In this document: piece after piece, positions 1 to 9,040 of the stretch | How the letters are laid out: each line of letters begins with the position of its first letter | Position numbering within the stretch: the first letter of the stretch is position 1 | Assembly: GCA_026392945.1 (NCBI GenBank) | Contig: JAPLBB010000016.1 | Location: 4,983 to 68,982, forward strand | Length of the DNA: 64,000 nucleotides | Source of the DNA: Actinomycetota bacterium | GTDB lineage: Bacteria; Actinomycetota; Actinomycetes; Nanopelagicales; Nanopelagicaceae | Reading direction: 5' to 3' | The notes under the pieces: model-generated | The model's input: the letters and a program-made list of their open reading frames with translations, nothing else | Told to the model about the DNA's origin: nothing | Databases searched by the model: none | Position numbers and translations under genes: made by a program

Positions 1-7
1 GAGTTCA

Positions 8-2263
8 TTGAATCTTGTCCAAGTAAGTGGGAGCAACCTCAACTACGTATATGCAATTGTAGGTATTTCATTATTGGCACTCTCCATCGCCTACGCATTA
101 CGGGCACAGGTATTAGCTCAAGGAGTAGGAACTGCAAAGATGCAGGAGATCGCAGCCGCGGTACAAGAGGGCGCAGCTGCATATCTTTCTCGACAATTTA
201 GAACACTCTCAGTTTTCGTAGCAGTTGTTTTTGTACTTTTATTTGCCCTGCCTGGTGAAACTGATATCAGAGTAGGCCGTTCAATATTTTTCTTAGTTGG
301 CGCAGGCTTTTCTGCATTAGTTGGTTACAACGGAATGTGGCTAGCAGTAAGAGCGAATGTTCGCGTGGCAGAGGCCGCTAGAAAGAAGTCGGCAGAAAAA
401 GCAGTTCAAATCGCATTTCGTACCGGTGGCGTAGTTGGTATGACCACCGTTGGTCTTGGCTTACTTGGCGCATCTTTGGTTGTAATTATTTATAAAGAGA
501 ATGCTCCATCAGTATTAGAAGGTTTTGGTTTTGGTGCTGCGATGCTTGCGATGTTTATGCGAGTTGGCGGCGGTATCTTTACAAAGGCTGCAGATGTAGG
601 CGCAGATTTAGTTGGAAAAGTTGAAAAGGGAATTCCTGAGGATGACCCAAGAAATGCGGCAACTATTGCCGACAATGTTGGCGATAACGTTGGTGACTGT
701 GCTGGTATGGCAGCAGATCTATTTGAGTCATATGCCGTAACTCTGGTGGCAGCATTAATTCTTGGAAAAGCTGGATTTGGTGATGCCGGACTTATTTATC
801 CATTAATTGTTCCAGCAATTGGGATCATTACTGCAATCCTTGGCATTTTCTTAACTAAATTACGTCCAACCGATAAGACAGCAATGAATGCAATTAATCG
901 TTCATTCTTCACCAGCGCAATTATTAGTGCAGTGTTAGTTGGGTTTGCAACCTTTACATATTTACCAGACTCACTAATGAATATGTCTGGCTTAACTCTT
1001 GAAGCACAATCAGTTGATGTAAACCCAAGAGTTTTGGCATACGGGGCGGTATTAATTGGTATTGCACTCGCCGCTGCTATTCAAATACTTACCGGCTTCT
1101 TTACTGAGGTTGGAAAGCGCCCAGTAAATGATGTTGCATCATCTTCAAAAACTGGAGCTGCAACTGTAATTCTGGCTGGTATCTCAGTTGGTTTTGAATC
1201 AGCTGTTTACTCAGCATTATTAATTGCCGCAGCAGTCTTTGGTGCATTCTTATTAGGTGGTGGCTCAATTGTTCTATCACTATTTGCGGTAGCACTTGCA
1301 GGAACTGGATTATTAACCACAGTTGGCGTAATTGTTGCGATGGATACCTTTGGTCCAATCTCAGATAACGCGCAAGGAATTGCCGAGATGAGTGGAGATG
1401 TTAAGGGTGAAGGCGCAAAGATCCTGACATCACTAGATGCAGTTGGTAATACCACTAAAGCAATTACAAAAGGTATTGCAATTGCAACTGCGGTCTTAGC
1501 TGCAACCGCGTTATTTGGTGCATTTACTGATGCAATTAAAAACTCAGTTCTTGAAAAAGGCTTAGTAGTTAAGGATCAAGTACTTTCACTACAAGGCGTA
1601 TTAGATGTGGCAGATCCAAGAAACTTAGTTGGATTAATAATTGGTGCAGCTGTGGTCTTTATGTTCTCAGGTCTGGCAATTAATGCAGTATCAAGAGCGG
1701 CAATTGCAGTAGTAGTTGAAGTTCGCGCACAATTTAAGAAGTATCCAGGAATTATGACTGGCAAGGTAAAGCCTGAGTACGGTCGGGTAGTTGATATCTG
1801 TACTCGTGACTCACTTCGCGAACTTGCAACCCCAGGATTACTTGCAGTAATGGCACCAATCGCAGTTGGTTTTGGTTTAGGTGTTGGTGCACTTGGCGCA
1901 TACCTAGCCGGCGCAATTGGTACCGGCACACTGATGGCGGTTTTCTTATCTAACTCAGGTGGTGCTTGGGATAACGCTAAGAAGATGATTGAAGATGGCA
2001 AGTACGGCGGCAAAGGATCTGAAGCACACAAAGCAACTGTGGTTGGTGACACTGTTGGTGATCCATTTAAAGATACCGCTGGCCCTGCAATTAACCCGTT
2101 AATTAAGGTAATGAACTTAGTTGGCTTGTTGATAACACCAGCAATTGTCGGCTTTACCTTAGATGATAATGGTCAAATAAATATGATCATTTCACTTCTT
2201 GCCACACTTGCGATTATTTTTGCACTTGTGCGCAATCGCAGGCGTGCAACTGTAATCGTCTAA
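8..2263 (+). CDS. hppA: Membrane-bound H+-translocating pyrophosphatase, K+-independent type
   Basis: Many TM segments. Signature motifs DVGADLVGKVE, DNVGDNVGD and GDTVGDPFKD. GNTTKA has Lys at the K+-dependence site. The frame is open to the window edge, so the true start may lie upstream. Confidence 0.95.
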   Translation: MNLVQVSGSNLNYVYAIVGISLLALSIAYALRAQVLAQGVGTAKMQEIAAAVQEGAAAYLSRQFRTLSVFVAVVFVLLFALPGETDIRVGRSIFFLVGAGFSALVGYNGMWLAVRANVRVAEAARKKSAEKAVQIAFRTGGVVGMTTVGLGLLGASLVVIIYKENAPSVLEGFGFGAAMLAMFMRVGGGIFTKAADVGADLVGKVEKGIPEDDPRNAATIADNVGDNVGDCAGMAADLFESYAVTLVAALILGKAGFGDAGLIYPLIVPAIGIITAILGIFLTKLRPTDKTAMNAINRSFFTSAIISAVLVGFATFTYLPDSLMNMSGLTLEAQSVDVNPRVLAYGAVLIGIALAAAIQILTGFFTEVGKRPVNDVASSSKTGAATVILAGISVGFESAVYSALLIAAAVFGAFLLGGGSIVLSLFAVALAGTGLLTTVGVIVAMDTFGPISDNAQGIAEMSGDVKGEGAKILTSLDAVGNTTKAITKGIAIATAVLAATALFGAFTDAIKNSVLEKGLVVKDQVLSLQGVLDVADPRNLVGLIIGAAVVFMFSGLAINAVSRAAIAVVVEVRAQFKKYPGIMTGKVKPEYGRVVDICTRDSLRELATPGLLAVMAPIAVGFGLGVGALGAYLAGAIGTGTLMAVFLSNSGGAWDNAKKMIEDGKYGGKGSEAHKATVVGDTVGDPFKDTAGPAINPLIKVMNLVGLLITPAIVGFTLDDNGQINMIISLLATLAIIFALVRNRRRATVIV

Positions 2264-2299
2264 CAGCTTTAACTTCCCCATTTAAAAGAAGGAAATACT

Positions 2300-5020
2300 T
2301 TGGGCACAAAGTTAGTAATTGTTGAGTCCCCTGCTAAGGCGCGCAAAATTGGCTCCTTTTTAGGGGATGAGTATGTGGTGGAAGCATCCGTTGGCCACAT
2401 CCGCGATTTACCACAACGCGCAGCTGATATTCCAAAAGAGTTTAAGAAATTTGCATGGGCAAAAGAAGGTGTAAATATTGAAGAAGAGTTTGCACCTTTA
2501 TATGTAATTAATCCAGATAAAAAATCTAAAGTCGCAGAGTTAAAAGAGTTAATGAAAGATGCTGATGAGTTAATTCTGGCAACAGATGAAGACCGCGAGG
2601 GTGAAGCAATTGCTTGGCACTTAATTGAAGTATTACGGCCAAAGATTCCAATTCGGCGAATGGTTTTTCATGAGATCACAAAAGATGCAATTCAAAAAGC
2701 GGCGAAGGAAACCCGCGATCTAGATTATCGATTAGTTGATGCCCAGGAAACTAGAAGAGTTTTAGATCGCCTTTATGGCTACCGGCTTTCCCCGGTTTTG
2801 TGGAAAAAAGTTATGCCAAGAATTTCTGCAGGGCGCGTGCAGTCGGTTGCAACTAGATTAATTGTTGAACGCGAACGTGAGCGAATGGCCTTTATTTCAT
2901 CTGGTTGGTGGGATTTAGCAGCAGCGTGTGTGCCAGGTTTTAGTGCAAGACTATTATCACTGGACGGCAAAAGAGTTGCGGCCACAAATGATTTTGATTC
3001 AAATGGCGGCATAAAAGAAAAATCTGCGACAAATATTTTATTACTAGATGAAGCTGCCGCTCGTGAACTAGTTCAATCACTTAATGGTCAATCATTAGTT
3101 GTTAAATCATTAGAAGAATCTCCTAGAACTGAGCGACCAAAGGCACCATTTACAACATCGACAATGCAACAAGATGCCGGATCTCGTCTTGGTTGGGGTG
3201 CGCAACTAACTATGCGAATTGCTCAGCGGCTTTATGAAAATGGTTACATCACCTATATGCGTACTGATTCGGTAACACTTTCTTCTTCCTCAATTGCCGC
3301 CGCAAGATCATCTGCACAAGCTCTGTATGGCAAAGAGTTTGTGCCAGCTACACCAAGAGTTTATGAAGGTAAAACAAAAAATGCTCAAGAGGCACATGAG
3401 GCAATCCGCCCAGCCGGTGAATCATTTAGAACACCAGGTGAGTTAGCGCCAGAGTTATCCCGGGATGAGTTTGCACTTTACGATTTAATTTGGAAACGCA
3501 CAATCGCCTCTCAAATGTCAGATGCAAAGAAACAACAGATGCGAGTTGATTTTTATGTTAAAACAAAAACTGGCAACGATGCAATATTTCGCGCCAATGG
3601 TTCAGTAGTTGTATTTGCGGGCTTCCTGGCGGCGTATGAAGATATTGTTGAAGAAAAAGCAGATATCGAAGAGACAGATCGCCGGTTACCAGCAATGAGT
3701 GTTGGTGAAAAAATTGAGGTTAGTGAATATAGTTGTGAGGGACACGAAACAAAACCACCAGCAAGATATACCGAACCAACATTGGTTAAAAAGCTTGAAG
3801 AGTTGGGCATTGGCCGTCCTTCAACATTCGCATCGATTATGCAGACAATTCAAGATCGAGGTTATGTTGCTAAACGCGGCAGAGCTTTAGTTCCAACTTT
3901 CTTAGCTTTCTCAGTTACCGGCTTACTTGAGCAGCACTTCACAAAGTTAATTGATTACGAATTTACTGCCTCAATGGAGGAGGACTTAGATCGAATTGCA
4001 AATGGTGACGAGGAAAGAGTTGCTTGGCTTACTAAGTTTTTCTACGGCAGCGATAACAATCCCGGCTTAGCTGATTTATCGGCAGATCTTGGCGCGATTG
4101 ATGCGCAAGCAATTAACACCATGAAGATGGGTGAAGATATTGAGATCAGAGTTGGTAGATTTGGTGCATATTTGCAACAAGGTCAAGGGGACGATCGAAA
4201 GTTTGCAAATATTCCAGAGCAGATGGCACCTGATGAGTTAACACTTCCAGTTGCAATTGAACTTCTTGCTAAACCTTCGGGAGAGCGAAAGTTAGGAACT
4301 GATCCAGAAACCGGCTTAGAAGTTATTGCTAAATCCGGAAGATTTGGCGCGTATATCACCGAAGTATTTCCGGAGGAGATTGTTGAAGAGGGCGCGAAAA
4401 AGAAAAGAAAAAAGAAGGATGCGCCAAAACCTAAGACTGCATCCCTGCTTTCAACAATGTCATTAGATACCGTTGATTTATCAGATGCACTTCGGTTGTT
4501 GTCTTTACCAAGATCTCTAGGTTCATATCAAGATGAAATTATTACTGTACAAAACGGTAGATACGGTCCTTACATGAAGCATGGTGCAGATTCACGCACT
4601 CTAACAAGTGAGGATCAATTATTTTCAATTGGCTTAGAGGAAGCGATTGAGATTTATAAACAACCAAAGGTTAGAAGACGTGGTGTTGCAAAGCCGCCAC
4701 TTAAAGAGTTGGGCAAAGATCCACAAACTGAGCGCGAAGTAATTGTTAAGGATGGCAGATTTGGTGTTTATGTTACTGATGGCGAAACAAATGCAACCTT
4801 GCGAAGAGGTGACGCAGTTGAGTTATTAACATTAGAGCGAGCACTTGAATTATTAGCAGGGCGTCGTGCCTGGGAGATTGAAAATCCTGGCGGTTCAAAG
4901 AAGAAAGGTAAGCGGGCTAAAAAAAGTGCGCCTACCCTGACTGAGAAAACTGTTAAGGGTGCTGGTGCTAAAAAGCGGGCTAAAAAGACTGCTACTGGTG
5001 TTGGAAATGCACCAAAGTAA
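2300..5020 (+). CDS. topA: DNA topoisomerase I (actinobacterial type with C-terminal repeats and Lys-rich tail)
   Basis: TOPRIM motifs IVESPAK and DEDREGE, active-site YITYMRTD, repeated GRFG/GRYG C-terminal units without Zn ribbons. TTG start after an AAGGAA SD. Confidence 0.97.
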   Translation: MGTKLVIVESPAKARKIGSFLGDEYVVEASVGHIRDLPQRAADIPKEFKKFAWAKEGVNIEEEFAPLYVINPDKKSKVAELKELMKDADELILATDEDREGEAIAWHLIEVLRPKIPIRRMVFHEITKDAIQKAAKETRDLDYRLVDAQETRRVLDRLYGYRLSPVLWKKVMPRISAGRVQSVATRLIVERERERMAFISSGWWDLAAACVPGFSARLLSLDGKRVAATNDFDSNGGIKEKSATNILLLDEAAARELVQSLNGQSLVVKSLEESPRTERPKAPFTTSTMQQDAGSRLGWGAQLTMRIAQRLYENGYITYMRTDSVTLSSSSIAAARSSAQALYGKEFVPATPRVYEGKTKNAQEAHEAIRPAGESFRTPGELAPELSRDEFALYDLIWKRTIASQMSDAKKQQMRVDFYVKTKTGNDAIFRANGSVVVFAGFLAAYEDIVEEKADIEETDRRLPAMSVGEKIEVSEYSCEGHETKPPARYTEPTLVKKLEELGIGRPSTFASIMQTIQDRGYVAKRGRALVPTFLAFSVTGLLEQHFTKLIDYEFTASMEEDLDRIANGDEERVAWLTKFFYGSDNNPGLADLSADLGAIDAQAINTMKMGEDIEIRVGRFGAYLQQGQGDDRKFANIPEQMAPDELTLPVAIELLAKPSGERKLGTDPETGLEVIAKSGRFGAYITEVFPEEIVEEGAKKKRKKKDAPKPKTASLLSTMSLDTVDLSDALRLLSLPRSLGSYQDEIITVQNGRYGPYMKHGADSRTLTSEDQLFSIGLEEAIEIYKQPKVRRRGVAKPPLKELGKDPQTEREVIVKDGRFGVYVTDGETNATLRRGDAVELLTLERALELLAGRRAWEIENPGGSKKKGKRAKKSAPTLTEKTVKGAGAKKRAKKTATGVGNAPK

Positions 5021-5049
5021 ACGTCATTAGGCGCAAGTAGACTTACAAC

Positions 5050-7068
5050 ATGTCACTGCCATTTCCAGCGGCCCCCGCGCAATCTGAATCCAGAAGTGTG
5101 TTGGCAATTCCAGCATTTAGAAAACTTTGGCAAGCAATGGCATTCTCATCTTTTGGTGACTGGCTAGGACTTCTAGCTTCAACTGCACTTGCGCAGCAAT
5201 TAGCTGGTGGTGATTATGCAAAGGCAAACTTTGCAATCGCTGGTGTATTTATTGTCAGATTACTTCCGGCAGTAATTCTTGGGCCATTTGCTGGCGTAAT
5301 TGCTGATCGATTTGATCGAAGAAAATTAATGATTATCTGTGACATCTTAAGATTTTCACTTTATCTTTCAATCCCAATAGTTGGTAATTACTTCTGGTTG
5401 TATACCGCATCAGTCCTTGTTGAGATTGTTACCTTATTTTGGTCACCAGCTAAAGAGGCATCTGTTCCAAACCTGGTGCCAAAGTTAAAGTTAGAAAGTG
5501 CTAACCAAGTTTCATTACTGGCCGCCTATGGCACAGCACCAATTGCGGCAATTGCGTTTTCACTTCTTGCTCTTTTCACTGGTGCTATAAATTCGGTAAT
5601 TGGAAATACCACCCCAGCCTCAGCCGCTGATTTAGCACTTTATTTAAATTCAATAAGTTTTGCATTTTGCGCCTACACAGTGTGGCGTTTAAAAGAAATT
5701 CCAGCCGGCCCTGGAGATAAGTTGAAGCAGCTCTCGCTTGGAAAATCTTTATGGGATGGGTTTTCATTTATTAAAGAATCTAAAATAATCCGAGGGTTAA
5801 TTTTTGGGATGCTCGGTGCATTTTTTGCAGCTGGTGCGGTAATAGGTTTAGCAAGAACTTTTGTAAGCGATCTACAAGCTGGTGAAGCCGCCTACGGTAT
5901 TTTGTTTGGTGCAGTGTTTTTTGGTTTAGCATTAGGAATTTCATTTGGCCCAAAAGTGTTCGCACAATTTTCTAAAAGAAGATTGTTTGGAATTTCACTT
6001 ACGATTTCTGGTTTATTCTTAGTAATCCTTGCCTTGGTATTAAACCTGGTTTTGGCAATATTTATTACTATTATTCTAGGAATTTTTGCTGGAATCTCTT
6101 GGGTCACTGGATTCACCATGCTTGGAATGGAAGTTGAAGATGAGTTGCGTGGGCGAGTTTTTGCCTTCATCCAATCTTTAATCCGAGTTTCACTTGTGCT
6201 TGTTTTAGCCGTTGCGCCTCTCATAGCTGCAGCGATTGGAGAACATACATATAAATTTAAATCAACAACTCTTTCTTATAATGGTGCGTCATTTACAATG
6301 TTTTTTGCTGGTTTAATTGCGGTAACCGTGGGTGTTGCTTCCTATTTTCAAATGCGAGATCGACCAACTGTTTCTCTGTTAAGTGATATTAAGTCAGCTC
6401 TTCGTGGCGAGTTGGGTGCAATAACTGGCCAAGCTTCCAACGGTGTATTCATCTCATTTGAAGGTGGCGAGGGTTCTGGCAAATCAACCCAAACTAAATT
6501 ATTAAAAGAGTTATTAGAAAAAAATGGCGAAACTGTTTTATTAACTCGTGAGCCAGGTGGTACACCACTTGGAAATCAAATACGAGATATCTTGCTTGAT
6601 AATAAAACCGGCGCAATCTCACCAAGAGCTGAAGCACTTATGTATGCCGCAGATCGAGCACACCATGTTTATTCAATGATTAGGCCCGCACTTGAAAGAG
6701 GTGAGGTAGTAATTAGTGATCGCTATTTTGATTCCTCAATTGCGTATCAAGGAGCCGGCAGAGTTTTACTACCAACTGAGGTTGCACGAATTTCAAGGTG
6801 GGCAACAGAATCTTTAACGCCAACCTTGACTGTAATTATGGATTTACCTGCTGAAATTGGTTTGGGTAGATTGCAATCAACCGATCGGCTAGAGAGTGAA
6901 CCATTAGCTTTTCACGAAAGAGTGCGGCATGAGTATCTAAATCTTGCTTATCAAGATCCAGAAAGGTTCTTAGTAGTTGATGCATCTTTGAGTATTGAGC
7001 AAATTCACCAGGTAATTTCTGAGCGAGTTTTAACAATAAAATCTCTGAAAAGAAATCAGAAGCAGTAA
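5050..7068 (+). CDS. tmk: Fusion of N-terminal MFS transporter and C-terminal thymidylate (dTMP) kinase
   Basis: About 430 aa hydrophobic MFS domain with motif A GVIADRFDRR, followed in frame by FEGGEGSGKST, TREPGG and DRYFDSS motifs of TMPK. Confidence 0.93.
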   Translation: MSLPFPAAPAQSESRSVLAIPAFRKLWQAMAFSSFGDWLGLLASTALAQQLAGGDYAKANFAIAGVFIVRLLPAVILGPFAGVIADRFDRRKLMIICDILRFSLYLSIPIVGNYFWLYTASVLVEIVTLFWSPAKEASVPNLVPKLKLESANQVSLLAAYGTAPIAAIAFSLLALFTGAINSVIGNTTPASAADLALYLNSISFAFCAYTVWRLKEIPAGPGDKLKQLSLGKSLWDGFSFIKESKIIRGLIFGMLGAFFAAGAVIGLARTFVSDLQAGEAAYGILFGAVFFGLALGISFGPKVFAQFSKRRLFGISLTISGLFLVILALVLNLVLAIFITIILGIFAGISWVTGFTMLGMEVEDELRGRVFAFIQSLIRVSLVLVLAVAPLIAAAIGEHTYKFKSTTLSYNGASFTMFFAGLIAVTVGVASYFQMRDRPTVSLLSDIKSALRGELGAITGQASNGVFISFEGGEGSGKSTQTKLLKELLEKNGETVLLTREPGGTPLGNQIRDILLDNKTGAISPRAEALMYAADRAHHVYSMIRPALERGEVVISDRYFDSSIAYQGAGRVLLPTEVARISRWATESLTPTLTVIMDLPAEIGLGRLQSTDRLESEPLAFHERVRHEYLNLAYQDPERFLVVDASLSIEQIHQVISERVLTIKSLKRNQKQ

Positions 7069-8213
7069 TGAGTGTTTTTAATTCACTAATTGATCAAAGT
7101 GAAGTTGTTAAAGTTTTACAAGAAGCAGTTAAATCATCGAAAAATAAGGGTGATCACACTCAAGCGATGACACATGCCTGGCTATTTACTGGCCCACCCG
7201 GTTCTGGTAGATCAAACGCCGCAGTTGCTTTTGCCGCCGCTTTAGTTTGTAAAGATGGTGGCTGCAGTAAGTGTGTTGATTGCATGTCAACAATTACGGG
7301 TTCGCACGCAGATGTTGAATTAATAAAAACAGAAGGTTTATCAATAAAAATAGATGAGATAAGAGATTTAATTAGTAGGGCTTCATGGGCGCCATCAGTT
7401 GCAGCTTGGCGAGTAGTGGTAATTGAGGACGCCGATCGCCTAACTGATTCAGCAGCAAACGCATTACTTAAAGTGGTTGAAGAGCCAGGACTTAGAACTG
7501 TTTGGCTACTTTGCGCACCAACTCTTACCGATGTCCTACCCACAATTAGATCACGTTGTCGCCACCTTTCACTGCGAACACCATCTACCAAAGCTATTAC
7601 TAAATTATTAATAGAAAGAGATTCAATTGACGCAGCAACTGCTGAATTTGTTGCCAAAGCCTCTGGTGGTCATATTGGTCGAGCTCGGCGATTAGCAACG
7701 GATACAAACGCAAAAGAAAATCGAAAAAATATTATGAAATTACTATTCACAATTAAAGATATAGCAAGCGCGTTTAAAGCTGCCCAGAATTTAGTTGAGG
7801 CAGCAAAAGCTGATGCAACTGCTGACTCTGAAGCAAAAGATGAGTTAGAAATATCTAAACTAAAAGAAGCATGGGGCGGTAGCGGATCAAAATTAGCCGC
7901 CGGTGGTTCAAAGGCTGTGAAGGAGTTAGAGAAGGAACAAAAATCTCGCTCTACTCGGATGGTAAGAGATTATCTTGATCGGGCTTTATTAGATCTTTCA
8001 ACTTTGTACCGAGATGTTTTACTTGTTCAATCTGGATCTGGTGATTCACTTATAAACGAAGATCTAAAATCTGAAATTATTAAGCTGGCAGCTAATGAGG
8101 GTCCAGAGCGAACCCTTAAGAAGATTGAAGCAATTTTGAAAACCAGGCGGAATTTGGCACAAAATGCCGCCCCTTTGCTACTAATTGAAGCCCTAATGTG
8201 TGAACTGCGTTAA
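7068..8213 (+). CDS. holB: DNA polymerase III subunit delta'
   Basis: HAWLFTGPPGSG, Zn motif CKDGGCSKCVDC, ANALLKVVEEP, TIRSRC. TAATG overlap with tmk, matching conserved tmk-holB order. Confidence 0.95.
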   Translation: MSVFNSLIDQSEVVKVLQEAVKSSKNKGDHTQAMTHAWLFTGPPGSGRSNAAVAFAAALVCKDGGCSKCVDCMSTITGSHADVELIKTEGLSIKIDEIRDLISRASWAPSVAAWRVVVIEDADRLTDSAANALLKVVEEPGLRTVWLLCAPTLTDVLPTIRSRCRHLSLRTPSTKAITKLLIERDSIDAATAEFVAKASGGHIGRARRLATDTNAKENRKNIMKLLFTIKDIASAFKAAQNLVEAAKADATADSEAKDELEISKLKEAWGGSGSKLAAGGSKAVKELEKEQKSRSTRMVRDYLDRALLDLSTLYRDVLLVQSGSGDSLINEDLKSEIIKLAANEGPERTLKKIEAILKTRRNLAQNAAPLLLIEALMCELR

Positions 8214-8257
8214 AGAAATGGTAATTAGCACCCACAAAGGTAAGGCAAAATACTCTC

Positions 8258-8902
8258 ATGCGTCTTGACCATGTTTCATATGTAGCCTCTCATGAACAAA
8301 TTTCTGATGTAGTTAATCGAATTGGTTCACAAATCGGTACTGCGTTTATTGATGGCGGCATTCATCCGAAATTTGGCACACGAAATTTTACAGCGCCATT
8401 ATTAAATGGACAATACATTGAAGTGGTTTGTCCGTTAGATCATCCAGCAACTGATACGACGCCATTTGGTCAAGCTGTTAAGAAAAAAGCTGAAGCAGGC
8501 GGTGGTTGGTTGACTTGGGTATTTAGTTCAAATGAATTAAGCAAGGTAGAGGATAAGTTTGGAAGAAAAGCTGCAGATGGTTATAGAACTAGACCTGATG
8601 GCAGTGAATTAAAATGGAAACAAATTGGTGTTAGAGAGATTATGGGCGCGGGCGAGCTACCATTCTTTATTCAATGGCTTACCGAGAATCATCCATCAAA
8701 GGATGGTAACTCTGTTGCGAAAATATCAAAAATTATTATTGCTGATGATGAAAAACTTGCTGATTCATGGTTCAAAACCGAGATTGAATCTGGGCTAAAA
8801 GATGTTGTAATCGAGTGGGTAAAGCCAGAGGTAAATGATGGAGATAAAGGGATTGTTGCAGTTGAATTAACTGTGAATGATACAAAAATCACGCTTGATT
8901 AA
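8258..8902 (+). CDS. VOC/glyoxalase-like domain protein
   Basis: RLDHV, GGIHPKFGTRN, YIEVV and LPFFIQW pattern typical of the glyoxalase-like_3 family. Confidence 0.8.
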   Translation: MRLDHVSYVASHEQISDVVNRIGSQIGTAFIDGGIHPKFGTRNFTAPLLNGQYIEVVCPLDHPATDTTPFGQAVKKKAEAGGGWLTWVFSSNELSKVEDKFGRKAADGYRTRPDGSELKWKQIGVREIMGAGELPFFIQWLTENHPSKDGNSVAKISKIIIADDEKLADSWFKTEIESGLKDVVIEWVKPEVNDGDKGIVAVELTVNDTKITLD

Positions 8903-8932
8903 TTGTTGGTAATTTTAAAATAAAAAGTACGG

Positions 8933-9040
8933 TAAACTTAAGTCAGTAATTCCCCCATGTGCTTACACCTTGTAAGCGCCTTGCGAGTCTTAATCTCTAA
9001 TCACCACCAAGACGCGCATCATGTCTTGTTAGGTTGATTT
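8933..9040 (+). promoter_or_regulatory. -10 element (TAAACT) followed by a structured ~95-nt 5' UTR of the DEAD-box helicase gene
   Basis: TAAACT at 8933-8938. Hairpin GTGCTTACA-cct-TGTAAGCGC at 8959-8979. A second stem pairs CAAGAC/GTCTTG and AATCA/TGATT (8999-9039) and covers the AGG just before the ATG. Confidence 0.5.

Noticed and set aside
8214-8257. Possible tRNA after holB, a common site for a tRNA gene or island
   Set aside because: The gap is only 44 nt, with no cloverleaf or T-loop motif.
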